NCBI GenBank assembly: GCA_040954595.2
Contig: CM082582.2
Span: forward strand, 7,380,063-7,444,062
From: Balanoglossus misakiensis
Taxonomy: Eukaryota > Animalia > Hemichordata
DNA: 64,000 nucleotides
Direction of reading: 5' to 3'
Of this stretch, positions 63,001 through 64,000 are shown piece by piece. A model generated the notes under the pieces. It saw nothing but the letters and a program-made list of their open reading frames with translations. It did not search any database and was not told the origin of the DNA. Every line of letters begins with the position of its first letter. Position 1 is the stretch's first letter. The translations under genes were made by a program, and so were the position numbers.

Positions 63001-63571
63001 GACTCCGCGGAGGCAAATCAATGCAAGACTCACTGACAAGACTCCAGCTGTCACTTGACCTGCCAGATAAGAAGAGCAGTTGAGTTTCACGTTCGGATCA
63101 GACAGACTCCATTTGTCTGGTGTCTCCATGATTCCTGATAAAGATTGCACCGCAGGGGAGCCATCTTGTTTTGATGGTTGTGCATAGGTGATATGACACC
63201 TACTAACCGCTGTTTCTGTAATATCATCATCGATCAAAAATACTTGCATCTGAAATTTAGAAGCTGCACAAACTCATGCAAAATAGCGAGATGCATTTTA
63301 GATGTAATGTACAATAAATATACATAAGGACACTTTTCTGCTACTAATAACTTGTGTCGAATGCCTTGATCATGATTGATAGTTTGAAACTGTCATGTTG
63401 AATTATTATAAGTCTAGATCTCTCCCTGTTTTGTTTTTTTTGCAGGATTTTATCCTCTGTGTTTTCCTGTCCTTCCTGTATCTAGTTGCGTCTTCGTTGA
63501 TTGGCTCAGCCTGTGTCATCTACCAGAACAGGTACTCTGATTGGACATCCGTTCAACTCCCCACTGGAGTA
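59883..63571 (+). CDS. MARVEL-domain tetraspanning membrane protein (CMTM/plasmolipin/MAL-like), 3' end beyond window
   Basis: Exons 59883-60059, 62071-62265, 63446-63571, all phase 0 with strong GT-AG sites. MARVEL start motif DYSFLRTAPGALKLLHI-IFTIASLVCV, TM2 FFVFTSVVSLLATTAVVFF, INWHLFD, TM3 FILCVFLSFLYLVASSLI. The exon encoding TM4 is not in the window. Confidence 0.85.
62071..62265 (+). CDS. MARVEL gene exon 2
   Basis: ttctttacag| and TTT|gtaagt. Confidence 0.85.
63446..63571 (+). CDS. MARVEL gene exon 3
   Basis: ttttgcag| and GTA|gtaagt. Confidence 0.85.
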
Positions 63572-64000
63572 GTAAGTACAACCAACATACAAATCTGTAG
63601 AGATATATGCACTGATCAAAAAAGCCCTTGTCTCGCCACTTGCGATGAAAAATTCATGAACATTATACAACTGCCACTTCTGTTCTTCACAGTTGATATA
63701 TTGCTTTGGGCAGGAGCATATTATAGAATTTTCTCAGAGGATTACTGACTTTCCTGAAAGTTCTATCCTAATATTTGTTGCAGGACACAAGTCTCGTGAT
63801 TTCTCTAATGGAGTTTATTTAAAAATAGAAATTTTCTTTTACCTGGTCACATTTTCTCTGTGAAATATTTTACTATTTTCACCAATTTTTCTCATATTTT
63901 CCCCTTAGTTTTAGACCTAATGGATATAACATGTTGTATTTTCCATTGGCTTCAGGTCTTAATCAAAATTTAAGCTATAATGTTTAAAAAGTTATGTGGA

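Noticed and set aside
63572-63748. ORF continuation past MARVEL exon 3 with a hydrophobic end
   Set aside because: Strong GTA|gtaagt donor and the family's 4-exon layout favour splicing; the read-through does not resemble MARVEL TM4
1-64000. tRNA, rRNA, CRISPR array, intact transposase or reverse transcriptase
   Set aside because: No matching motifs, spacer-repeat periodicity or long unexplained ORFs seen

Overview
Eukaryotic (animal) genomic DNA, AT-rich, with spliceosomal introns; probably a marine invertebrate such as a non-vertebrate deuterostome (inference only). Four protein-coding genes were assembled by hand from splice sites and reading phase. (1) + strand 2118-6593: 4 exons, 921 aa, a divergent DOK/IRS-like PH+PTB adaptor with a long disordered tail. 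(2) - strand 40771-10870: MTSS1/MTSS2 (MIM/ABBA) I-BAR+WH2 protein, 14 core exons (~875 aa), with a 19.4 kb third intron. (3) - strand 59027-48424: VAC14, 17 exons, 719 aa, with two minor-spliceosome (U12) introns, one with non-canonical AT-AG ends. (4) + strand from 59883: a MARVEL-domain (CMTM/plasmolipin-like) gene running off the window, head-to-head with VAC14. Highlights are the AT-AG U12 intron, the VAC14->MTSS tandem that mirrors human 16q22, an in-frame 42-nt cassette exon at the I-BAR tip, a duplicated CxxCGTN module and degenerate PTB in the DOK-like protein, chained uORFs upstream of VAC14, and a P-element-like footprint. No rRNA, tRNA, CRISPR array or intact transposase was found. 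Most short ORFs in the supplied track are intronic noise or antisense shadows. I found no clear new multi-gene system; the novelty is at the level of splicing, domain architecture and synteny.
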